38,989 nucleotides of DNA from a virus. The stretch spans positions 79,639 through 118,627 of IMG/VR virus record IMGVR_UViG_3300033128_000043; one strand, written 5' to 3'. The translations under genes and the position numbers were made by a program. The notes beneath the pieces were generated by a model. The model was not told the DNA's origin, ran no database searches, and saw only the letters and a list, made by a program, of their open reading frames with translations. This document shows positions 27,433 to 35,908 of the stretch, in pieces; within the stretch, counting starts at the first letter, position 1; each line of letters starts with the position of its first letter.

Positions 27433-27586
27433 AGTTGTATTATAGCTATTATTTAGTGTGTTGTAAACACTAAAGTGTGAGGTAAATAGTGGTGAACTAT
27501 TTTACTTTACTTTGTTATACACTTAACTTGACCTTCTAGTTCCTCAAACTAGTTTGACTGTTCCGAGGGGTTAGGAGGTTTTTAAT

Positions 27587-28798
27587 TTGGCATACATCCG
27601 TACTAACAAAAATGAGAATCCTTTTGTGCAAGTCGATAAGACATTTGTAGAGGATAACAACCTTAAATGGGCTTCAAAAGGGTTGATGGTTTATCTATTA
27701 TCCAGACCAGATGATTGGTCAATTAACCAAAAAGATTTGGTCAACAGATCCACAGATGGAGAGGCTGCTGTCAGGACAGCCTTACTGGATTTAATGGCGA
27801 ACGGATATGTCCATTACTACGCCCAACGAAATCCAGATGGAACTGTAGCAGAATGGGTTTATGAAGTATTTGAATCTCCAGAGTTCAACAAACATAAAGA
27901 AGCTGCCATGAAAGAAGCAGCTGAAAGACTAAGTAAGAAAAAAGCAAAAACGGCTGAACGTAACAAGAAAAGGTTAGGCATAGCCTCGACAATAAAGGAA
28001 AAAACACCAGAACGTGATAATCACAATCTGGATGAAAAACCAGAACGTGATAATCACAATCTGGATGAAAAACCAGAACGTGATAATCACAATCTGGATG
28101 AAAAAACACCAGAACGTGATAATCACAATCTGGATGAAAAAGTACCAGAACGTGATAATCACAATCTGGATAATCCAGTTCTGGATAATCACGATCTGGG
28201 TAATCCAGTTCTGGATAAACACGATCTGGATAATCCAGTTCTGGATAATCACAGCTATACTAATACTGAGTTTACTAATACTGAGTTTACTAATATTGAT
28301 ATTACTAATACTAATCATACTAATACTGAATCTACCAATATCCCTTTCAGATTTATAGTAGGGGCTATTGACTTACTTAGTGTTCCATCAAACATAAAGC
28401 AAGTTCTTTATAAATACTCAGGTAGGTTGGTGTCGGATAACATTAATATTAAAGATGTGGAAGAACACTACCATGCACACAAAGATGCTGTAAGCGATGC
28501 TCTTTATCTAGATGTGCTAGATTATGTTCTTAGGGTTACATCGAGTCCTATCAGATCCATAAAGGCTACACTTAGTACGGGTATTAGTAATAAGTTGGCG
28601 CAGCTACATAATATAAAAGCCTATTCATCCCCTATACGAGAGGAAGCCACCCCTTCATGGATGACGGACACCGGACATCAATTCTCTACTGAAGAAAATC
28701 AATCTTTTTCTCAGGATGTCATCGACCAAGGAGAAGCAGCAAAACAGCAAGTGCTGGACATGTTTAACAATATGAAAAAGTATGGCGAAAATTCCTGA
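27587..28798 (+). CDS. Replication initiator (Rep) with intragenic iterons
   Basis: AGGAGG RBS; ENPFVQVDK...LKWASKGLMVYLLSRPDDWSI..DL...STDG...L..L...GY winged-HTH N-terminus; downstream of the par genes. Confidence 0.85.
   Translation: MAYIRTNKNENPFVQVDKTFVEDNNLKWASKGLMVYLLSRPDDWSINQKDLVNRSTDGEAAVRTALLDLMANGYVHYYAQRNPDGTVAEWVYEVFESPEFNKHKEAAMKEAAERLSKKKAKTAERNKKRLGIASTIKEKTPERDNHNLDEKPERDNHNLDEKPERDNHNLDEKTPERDNHNLDEKVPERDNHNLDNPVLDNHDLGNPVLDKHDLDNPVLDNHSYTNTEFTNTEFTNIDITNTNHTNTESTNIPFRFIVGAIDLLSVPSNIKQVLYKYSGRLVSDNINIKDVEEHYHAHKDAVSDALYLDVLDYVLRVTSSPIRSIKATLSTGISNKLAQLHNIKAYSSPIREEATPSWMTDTGHQFSTEENQSFSQDVIDQGEAAKQQVLDMFNNMKKYGENS
28007..28340 (+). repeat. Iteron array and AT-rich repeats (candidate origin)
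   Basis: 5x CCAGAACGTGATAATCACAATCTGGAT at 33/36-bp period, then 15-bp CTGGATAAT units, then 15-bp TACTAATAC units. Confidence 0.85.
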
Positions 28799-28908
28799 AG
28801 GCAACTATAAAGGGCCGCCTAATACTGAAATGCAAACAAAAAGGACCGCCTAATAGATAGGGGTCCTTTTTAATTTAACTGAAGGCAACCATTAAGGTGC
28901 GCCTAAAG
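28795..28908 (+). repeat. Three degenerate ~30-bp direct repeats interleaved with terminator-like hairpins
   Basis: CTGAA..GCAA...AAGG..CGCCTAA at 28795, 28825 and 28879. Confidence 0.6.
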
Positions 28909-29008
28909 AGAGTTAGGTGCTTTTCGTCTTTCTGGTCAATGTAATGTGCAGCCACAATATAATACTCAGTAATGCAGTACCAAAGGTAAAGTTTATCTTG
29001 TTTTTGAG

Positions 29009-29071
29009 TTATACACAGATTTTATTCCTTTTCTGTGGATAAGTCAAGTTATCCACATTTTTTGTTGATAA
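29009..29071. promoter_or_regulatory. Cluster of four DnaA boxes
   Basis: TTATACACA 29009, TGTGGATAA 29034, TTATCCACA 29049, TGTTGATAA 29063. Confidence 0.85.
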
Positions 29072-29091
29072 GTTTATATATTTAAATGTAT

Positions 29092-29116
29092 AAAAAGGCA
29101 TTGACTATACCTTTTT
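29092..29116. promoter_or_regulatory. Palindromic operator copy 3 over a sigmaA -35
   Basis: AAAAAGGCATTGACTATACCTTTTT. Confidence 0.65.
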
Positions 29117-29157
29117 ATTAATGGTACATTCTTCAATAGAAAAGGGGTGTCATTACG

Positions 29158-30444
29158 GTGGATTTAAAGACGTTGGAAGAAAGCTTTATAAAATCCGTTG
29201 TTCTCTATAGAACGGATTTTATGAAATTCAGGGAACTGAAAAAGTTTATAAATGTCTCATTACATGCAGGCGTTTATGACTGTTTTTGGACAGAGGAACT
29301 ATCAAAAAGGGCGAAGCTTACGCAGGCACGTAGGCAAGAGGCTTTGTACTATTATATGTTACTCAAAAATTGGCGGGCTTTGCTGGGTGGATCGGTACAC
29401 ACTAACGAAGTGCAGGTTATAAAACACCCATTAAGTGTTTCCAATAACTTTAAAGAAGTAGATTCAATTTTTAATGTGCATGAGGTTTTATCTCAATTGG
29501 ATTCACGGGAGTTTTACATGGTACGAAAAGCAAACAAGTTTGAAGGAACCTATGAAATAAGGTTACCAGCTGAAACGGGGTACACTCAATTTTTGAAAGT
29601 GTTAGTAGATGATTCTATAAGTAGTTCATTTTCGATTGAATACAGTTTAACGCCTTCTGAATGGCTTTCAGGTTACAAGGTGGATGGTAAAAGAAAAATA
29701 CGGCTTAATTCCTTTTTAAGACGTAAGGGGCATTCACAGTACGTTCTTGATTATTACAGCCTTTCTAGTAAAGACGATAAATCAAAGAGAGTTTATTTGA
29801 CTATAAGCGCCACACCTCAACACATTGCGGGAATGTCTTTTTATTCTAGTGGTGATTGGTTGACGTATAGCGGGACATCTTGCCTAGACCCCAGAAATGG
29901 TTATGATGAAGCTACTCAGCTAGTCGGTGCGCTGGCTGATGACTCTTTGTTTGTTGCCATGCTTCATGAAAAAAAGGATATATCCGATTTAAAGGGGGCA
30001 ATGAAAGCACGTACAGTGTGTAGATTGATTGATTATAACGAAAAGACTTGTTGTATTGGGTCCAAGTTATACGGATCAAAAGAAAATAAAAACTTGCTGC
30101 AAAAATGTTTAGTCGCATTAAATAGGTTTGGTGTGTTTCCTTATAGCCAAGTAAAAGGTGTAGATACTCTAGAAATTCAAGCAAGTGGACGGACTGTCTT
30201 CACCTTTAATCGTAACCCCGAAACAAGGGAATATACACAAAATGCTAATTGTTTTCGGTGTCGTGGGGAAAAATTCGTATTCCTTGATAGTGGGGAAGGT
30301 ATTAAAGATAAAGTGCCGTGCATTAGCTGTAATGATAGTATTGTCATAGAACGTACAGTCACCCCGCTTGCTGAACACTATGAACATTATGGCACTAGGG
30401 TAGAAATAAAAATAAATGAAAATATTTTAAAAGAATTATTGTAA
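29158..30444 (+). CDS. hypothetical protein with C-terminal Zn finger
   Basis: 428 aa, AAAGGGG RBS, CFRC...CISC. Confidence 0.75.
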   Translation: MDLKTLEESFIKSVVLYRTDFMKFRELKKFINVSLHAGVYDCFWTEELSKRAKLTQARRQEALYYYMLLKNWRALLGGSVHTNEVQVIKHPLSVSNNFKEVDSIFNVHEVLSQLDSREFYMVRKANKFEGTYEIRLPAETGYTQFLKVLVDDSISSSFSIEYSLTPSEWLSGYKVDGKRKIRLNSFLRRKGHSQYVLDYYSLSSKDDKSKRVYLTISATPQHIAGMSFYSSGDWLTYSGTSCLDPRNGYDEATQLVGALADDSLFVAMLHEKKDISDLKGAMKARTVCRLIDYNEKTCCIGSKLYGSKENKNLLQKCLVALNRFGVFPYSQVKGVDTLEIQASGRTVFTFNRNPETREYTQNANCFRCRGEKFVFLDSGEGIKDKVPCISCNDSIVIERTVTPLAEHYEHYGTRVEIKINENILKELL

Positions 30445-30484
30445 TTTTATATATTTATATATATAATTGTACTTAACAAGTCAT
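30437..30484 (+). promoter_or_regulatory. 48-bp sigmaA promoter cassette, copy 1
   Basis: TTGTAA-17-TATAAT; identical to 33066-33113. Confidence 0.8.
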
Positions 30485-30496
30485 GGAGGTAATGAA

Positions 30497-31126
30497 ATGG
30501 AGATAAAACGTTTTATGTTAACTTATGACCAAGCATCCGAACAATTTAGAGAGGATTTCCACACGATTCCTACCGACTTAATGTCTGATTTGATGGGCAT
30601 TAAAGAGGTAACGGAACTTTTAGAGGGTGGAGAAAACAAAGGCATTGAAAGTTTACCTATATGGTATGAAATGTACATCGCCAAGAAAAATGATGCTAAG
30701 TGGATCAAAGGTAATGTTAATGACGTTATTAACTGCGGTTTCCGTGTGTTCCAAGACAGTAAATATACATACTTGGGGTTAAATTCATTGAATTCGGTAG
30801 AATTTCGTCAATGTTGGATAGCCTTATACAAATTAAAGGGGTATACGTGGCATGACCCCGCATTAAATGAAAACGGGGTACCAATTAACAAATTAAAAGG
30901 CGTTAATTTCTCAATGAAGTTGTATGCGGAATTGACTGACAGTGAGTTGTCTATTCTTTCCTCTCCTGATTCTGGCAATGATGATATATACCACCTATTC
31001 CAAGATTTACGTAACGCGCATAGGCTGTACCTGGACGGTGAGGCGGTTTTTCAGCGTGAGGATAACGAACCATTGTTCAGTCTTATAAAAGACGATATAA
31101 ACGCTTTTAAAGTGGTAATACGATAA
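30497..31126 (+). CDS. hypothetical protein
   Basis: GGAGG RBS before ATG 30497. Confidence 0.75.
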   Translation: MEIKRFMLTYDQASEQFREDFHTIPTDLMSDLMGIKEVTELLEGGENKGIESLPIWYEMYIAKKNDAKWIKGNVNDVINCGFRVFQDSKYTYLGLNSLNSVEFRQCWIALYKLKGYTWHDPALNENGVPINKLKGVNFSMKLYAELTDSELSILSSPDSGNDDIYHLFQDLRNAHRLYLDGEAVFQREDNEPLFSLIKDDINAFKVVIR

Positions 31127-31159
31127 ACAAACCAATAAACCGAAAAGGGGAAACTAACC

Positions 31160-33022
31160 ATGATTACTATTGAATTAAACGAAGAATTGAACGGCATTGA
31201 AATTTATTTCGGTGAAAAACCTGAACAAAACGTCATTGATCAACTAAAATTAAACGGTTTTCGATTCACCCGTTTTAAAAAATGTTGGTGGAGTAAGCAA
31301 ACAGAAAAGGCAATTCGTTTTGCCAATTCGCTTGCAGGTCAAGAAATAAAGCCCTTACCTAAGGTAAAAAAGAATAGTGGTTTTTGTCTTTGGGACGCAA
31401 CACAATGGGTGCCCTTTGAGGTCAACACAAATCAACAAGTAAAAGACATTGCAAAGGAAATAAAACGGCACCTTGCTAAAAGATTCCCTGTGATTAAATT
31501 TTCTGTTACTACTGAATCAGGTCTGACAGAAAGTATAAATATTCGTATTAAGCAAGGACCTTATGAAAATGATTCGGTTTATCTAAGTCATGTTCTTGGG
31601 TATGCTCATTCACTTTTAAATCATTATCAGGTTTGCCATGACCGCGGTGATATTTATTCTGATTACCCTGCGTCGTATAACTTCTATGATAACACTGAAA
31701 TCCATTGGGAATATAAAAAAATTGAAGCCTCTAAGGAAATTGAAAATGACATGAAATTGTTTGATGAGAAAGAAAAGAAACAACGAGAGAAACAACAAGA
31801 GGCGGAAAGAATTAAACGGGAAGCCAACTACCAAAAACATTTAGAAGAGCAGGAAAGAATCGAAGCCGAATACATGAAAGAGGAAGAAGAAAGAAAAAAT
31901 AAGACTGCACTTATCAAAAATAATGCTCAGGTTAAGGTCTTTGAAGAAGACGCACAATATTTTATAAAAGATGTTCAGTTTGCGGGTCTTGATAAAAATG
32001 ATGTGCTACATGTATATGAAAAAGAAGTAAGTAAAGGTGCTTTTTCATATAAGGATGTTAAGGTAATTAAAGATATACATTTCAATTGTGAAACTGCTTT
32101 TGACTATTTTTCTAATATGCTTACGTATGATTATGAATTTCTTCAAGGTGTTGGGGGTGAATACACAGAAGACAATAGAATAAAATCATCTATGGATTTT
32201 GAATTAATGAGTCCAGCAGAAAGGAACACCGTAAAATGGATTACCTGCGGGGCGGGCATTTATTTAAATGGTGAATTAATGTTTGTTGTTGATACTCAGG
32301 GGCATTCATATGTACGATCTGTTGGACTTATTGGACCTGAAACAAAAATAATTCAACAATTAATCACACCGCAGCACCTTCACGGGGAAGAGTTGGACGC
32401 GTTAAGGGTAGAGGCCCAACTAATCATAGACACTTCATTTGATGTTATCTCATCATTAAATATTTCGGAATCTTGGGAATATACTGATTTTCCTAAATAT
32501 AAAGAGACAATGAAGGTGGAACTAAAAAAACGGGGTGTCTCCTTAACAAAAAAATTAATTCAACAAGTAGATATAGAGAAATTAAAGCAAGTTTTGTACA
32601 GGATTTTTAATGACTTGGGAAGTGTAAAAGATCAATTTAATGATGCCCCGCTAGTCAAGGGGAATAAGTACACTTTATTTTACATGTCCGACTTTGGGGG
32701 CTTGGTTTCAAGTAAGGTTGTATATGATAGTCACCAACCTGAAAAATACGCCCAATATGATAATGCAGTTAAGGTGATGTACAAGCCGTACAGGAAACGG
32801 GGGCTTTATCGCCAGTACTTTTATTCAAGGTTACTTGTTTTTGAGGGGTGGCATGACCTACCCGAATCAGTTTTATTTGATTTGGATAATACAAACGGTT
32901 GGTCAACTAAGTCAAGTAAATTCCTTTCCTGTGATCTCAATCAGTTTGAAGAAGTATTAAACTACTTCAAAGATTCCCTTAATCTTGCGCCGATAATTAA
33001 CACGTATAGTGCAAATGTTTAA
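31160..33022 (+). CDS. Polyvalent-type protein with LPD29-like domain and coiled coil
   Basis: NEELNGIEIYF..KP...LK.NGFR...WW N-domain; KDIAKEIKRHLAKRFPVIKFSVT segment resembles LPD29. Confidence 0.7.
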   Translation: MITIELNEELNGIEIYFGEKPEQNVIDQLKLNGFRFTRFKKCWWSKQTEKAIRFANSLAGQEIKPLPKVKKNSGFCLWDATQWVPFEVNTNQQVKDIAKEIKRHLAKRFPVIKFSVTTESGLTESINIRIKQGPYENDSVYLSHVLGYAHSLLNHYQVCHDRGDIYSDYPASYNFYDNTEIHWEYKKIEASKEIENDMKLFDEKEKKQREKQQEAERIKREANYQKHLEEQERIEAEYMKEEEERKNKTALIKNNAQVKVFEEDAQYFIKDVQFAGLDKNDVLHVYEKEVSKGAFSYKDVKVIKDIHFNCETAFDYFSNMLTYDYEFLQGVGGEYTEDNRIKSSMDFELMSPAERNTVKWITCGAGIYLNGELMFVVDTQGHSYVRSVGLIGPETKIIQQLITPQHLHGEELDALRVEAQLIIDTSFDVISSLNISESWEYTDFPKYKETMKVELKKRGVSLTKKLIQQVDIEKLKQVLYRIFNDLGSVKDQFNDAPLVKGNKYTLFYMSDFGGLVSSKVVYDSHQPEKYAQYDNAVKVMYKPYRKRGLYRQYFYSRLLVFEGWHDLPESVLFDLDNTNGWSTKSSKFLSCDLNQFEEVLNYFKDSLNLAPIINTYSANV

Positions 33023-33065
33023 ACGTCCTAGCACATCAAATTTTCTTGGTTTTTTAAATGATACC

Positions 33066-33113
33066 TATTGTAATTTTATATATTTATATATATAATTGTA
33101 CTTAACAAGTCAT
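33066..33113 (+). promoter_or_regulatory. 48-bp sigmaA promoter cassette, copy 2
   Basis: Identical to 30437-30484. Confidence 0.8.
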
Positions 33114-33131
33114 TTCATGGAGGTAAGGAAA

Positions 33132-33376
33132 ATGGATCATATGTTAAAACTTCCATTCTCGAAGTCTATAAATTATTGGCATCCTGTGGAAGGTGCTGGG
33201 GCAAAACGTGACGGTGAATCCGATCACTTTGCACGATATATAGATGCGTCTAATTTAAATACTAAGCACGCATGAAGCATGCTGATGGTAGTCAACTTTA
33301 TATTTGTGACTACTCTATATACCTTGAAGTGCTTACGTCTCGACCTATAACAAAGGAAGAGCTTAGAAACCTATGA
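33132..33376 (+). pseudogene. Split small ORF (47 aa + 34 aa)
   Basis: Strong promoter and RBS; TGA at ~33274 overlaps the ATG of a second frame lacking its own RBS. Confidence 0.4.
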
Positions 33377-33410
33377 GCATCTATAAAAAATGAATTGGAG
33401 TGAATAAATA

Positions 33411-33815
33411 ATGGTTGATTACACAACGTACTGTAAAAACGTAACTATTGAAATTTTAAGGGGTCTTACAGATGACCATTTTAGTTGTACGGGTGGTAAT
33501 TTTGCTTTTGTGATTGCTGGTAGGGTTGAGCAAATGACAGAAAAGCAGGTTAAACAGGTTTATGAGAGCTGGGCGCAAGAACTTCATGATTATTTCGAGT
33601 TCTACGTCAATAATTATGGGCCTGTCCCGTGTAATCCTTTTAATGAACCCACTGCATATGTTTACGACTGCATTCAATTTGGTATACGTACTTTGGTTGC
33701 GACTGCGCCTATTATTACTGATCTTTGGATTAATGATATAGACATTGACGCGGTTCGGGGCGAACTAATCAAACATATAGAGGATTACGGTGTAATTGAA
33801 TTTCATGAAATTTAA
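33411..33815 (+). CDS. hypothetical acidic protein
   Basis: GGAGTG RBS, 134 aa. Confidence 0.7.
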   Translation: MVDYTTYCKNVTIEILRGLTDDHFSCTGGNFAFVIAGRVEQMTEKQVKQVYESWAQELHDYFEFYVNNYGPVPCNPFNEPTAYVYDCIQFGIRTLVATAPIITDLWINDIDIDAVRGELIKHIEDYGVIEFHEI

Positions 33816-33830
33816 ATAGGAGGCGTTAGC

Positions 33831-34124
33831 ATGAAGATATTAGAAAAAGGGTTGACGTATGATGGGACTAATTTGCAAGTTGAGGATTGGAGTGACGATT
33901 ATTCGTTTCATTCTTATGGTGATACCTTGGGGGTGTATCCAAGGGCAAAAGTAAGTTTGTCGGGTGAATTTTCTCCTAAGGAAGGGCGAACTTTTAGACT
34001 GGCTTTAGTTTTTAATGGCAATGCGGAAGCCGTCAAAGCCTTCCATTCTCTTAGGGACGGAAAAACAGAATTAATTGATTATGTGGAAAACATAAGAGAT
34101 AAAAAACTCATTGCATGCATTTGA
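33831..34124 (+). CDS. hypothetical protein
   Basis: AGGAGG RBS, 97 aa. Confidence 0.75.
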   Translation: MKILEKGLTYDGTNLQVEDWSDDYSFHSYGDTLGVYPRAKVSLSGEFSPKEGRTFRLALVFNGNAEAVKAFHSLRDGKTELIDYVENIRDKKLIACI

Positions 34125-34154
34125 ACGGGTTGTAATTGAAAGGGGGTGAATAAT

Positions 34155-34247
34155 GTGACCAAGCCAATGAAAGAAGGTTTAACTTTTATAGGGGTAATGT
34201 CTACGGTGTGTATTGTGTTGCTGTCGTGTGTAATTATTTCGGGGTGA
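34155..34247 (+). CDS. 30-aa hydrophobic peptide
   Basis: AAGGGGGTG RBS; MTKPMKEGLTFIGVMSTVCIVLLSCVIISG. Confidence 0.45.
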   Translation: MTKPMKEGLTFIGVMSTVCIVLLSCVIISG

Positions 34248-34328
34248 TTGGGCAAGTACTGGACATACAAACCCAATCGATAAAACTAATCATATTACGA
34301 CTATACTTTTTGTAGGGGGAAAAGTCAA

Positions 34329-34475
34329 ATGGATTCAAATAAATCAAATGCCCTTAGAGAAATCAAAGTGGCCTTAATCAAGATTGAACATAGTACGGAT
34401 AATGATGAGATATATGACCTTCTTGAACGTATTCAGGATGAGGCACAAGAATATAAAACAAGTTTAGGAGAATGA
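34329..34475 (+). CDS. 48-aa hypothetical protein
   Basis: AGGGGG RBS; MDSNKSNALREIKVALIKIE... Confidence 0.55.
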   Translation: MDSNKSNALREIKVALIKIEHSTDNDEIYDLLERIQDEAQEYKTSLGE

Positions 34476-34504
34476 GGTTACAGTTTACTTGGAGGTAATT
34501 ATAA

Positions 34505-34678
34505 ATGAAAGCATCCGCATTTGGAATGACGGCATTTACAGTTTTCGCATATACACTAGACAAAAAAGGAAGAGTGTTTGAAGAAGTTGTCTGGGGTGAA
34601 TACAACGATTTAAATGAGGCGAGAAGAGCTATACGACCATATAGAAAGGTTAAGGGACTTCTTTTTCATATTTGTTAG
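34505..34678 (+). CDS. 57-aa hypothetical protein
   Basis: GGAGGT RBS; MKASAFGMTAFTVFAY...; followed by a terminator. Confidence 0.6.
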   Translation: MKASAFGMTAFTVFAYTLDKKGRVFEEVVWGEYNDLNEARRAIRPYRKVKGLLFHIC

Positions 34679-34688
34679 TAAAGTACTA

Positions 34689-34714
34689 GCCCAGCCGTAA
34701 AGGTTGGGTTTTTG
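34689..34714 (+). terminator. Intrinsic terminator
   Basis: GCCCAGCC-GTAA-AGGTTGGGT followed by TTTT. Confidence 0.7.
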
Positions 34715-35459
34715 TTTATTAATATATTAATTGATTTGATTATTTATTGATTAATTGATTTGTATACTTGGAGGCTGGCGGGACGAAGTCCGTTACATGT
34801 AAACAGTAATCATATAAGTAACAATACAAGTAGTATATGAATTAGTGTATAAGTAAATAGGTCAAAAATGAAATCTGATTTTAAGACGTTTTAATTATAT
34901 AGATACCAATAACACTATAAATTTATTTATGCATCTATATGGACGTTTTTTGTTTAAACCTTTATACATCAACAATGATTTATGCAAATTGTATGCATAA
35001 AAGTGTATATCGTTGTATATTCGTTAAAATCTGTGTGAAAAAGATGTCCCTTTTTGATTGTCCAGTGCTGCTTGTTTTTCGTTTGCTGCACCTGTGGATG
35101 TCATGCGTTTGTGCTATATTTAAATTACCTTTGAACAACTATTCAAAAGGCACCTTATCGGCGGGCTATTTGAAGGCCTCTGATATGACACTAATAGTAT
35201 AAGTAGTAACAGTAGTATAAGAGTAAATGGATTGATTCGATTGTGATTGATTAATGAACCATTACATCATTGTCTACTGGACCTACCCACCCAACAAGAA
35301 CAATACAATGTAATCAATCGTAGTTTGTATTGAAGAGTTACACTAAGCCGTAACATACAATTAAATACACCTTTACAAATACAATTTTACTTTTATACAG
35401 TCATCCGACTGAAAAAAGAATACGTTCGCCGTGCGCCTTGCCTAATCAAATAAATTTCC

Positions 35460-35833
35460 GTGCGTACATTGAGGCATACAAAGCAGGTAAACAAAGTGAA
35501 GTTGTGTACGCACATTTTCGCCTTATTTTATCTCTTTTTGTGCGTACATGGGTTTCAGATAAAATGCATTATTTTACGTCTTTTTGATCCATTGCGTTGA
35601 GTAATCACATTTCATTTAACATAATAGTATATTATGTTAAATCAAACAGGGCGCAAGCCCTCTATGAACTGCATTGATAGACCCCCACCTAGTGCCTAGC
35701 GTTTTTGGTTTGCTTCCCGAAGCGGCGGTATCCTTCGTAAGATTTGGGAGAAATTTTTATGAATACCTTGTACGCACATAACGCTCTGTAAAAATTCCAG
35801 GAGAAAATTTTCTGGGATTTTTATGTGCGTACA
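35460..35833. repeat. Five GTGCGTACA boxes in alternating orientation
   Basis: 35460 F, 35505 R, 35540 F, 35769 R, 35825 F. Confidence 0.75.
35614..35642. other. dif/Xer-like palindromic site
   Basis: ATTTAACATAA-TAGTATA-TTATGTTAAAT; both arms equal the canonical XerD arm TTATGTTAAAT. Confidence 0.55.
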
Positions 35834-35908
35834 TTTAACGCATTACAGGTTAATGGTCAAATTAGCCTATATCCTTCCTATACTGTGGTCGAGGAGGTGC
35901 TGCAGCTA

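Noticed and set aside
27885-28358. Repetitive ORFs and a possible CRISPR array in the rep repeats
   Set aside because: Units are nearly contiguous with 6-9 bp of near-identical linker, there are no unique spacers, and they lie in frame within Rep; alternative ORFs are shadows
34939-35202. 87-aa ORF in the non-coding region
   Set aside because: No RBS and atypical Cys-rich composition; likely spurious
35460-35833. GTGCGTACA boxes as a mini-CRISPR array
   Set aside because: Only 9 bp, alternating orientation, irregular spacing and no cas genes
34780-35860. Protelomerase (telRL) site of a linear phage-plasmid
   Set aside because: No long uninterrupted palindrome and no protelomerase gene in the window
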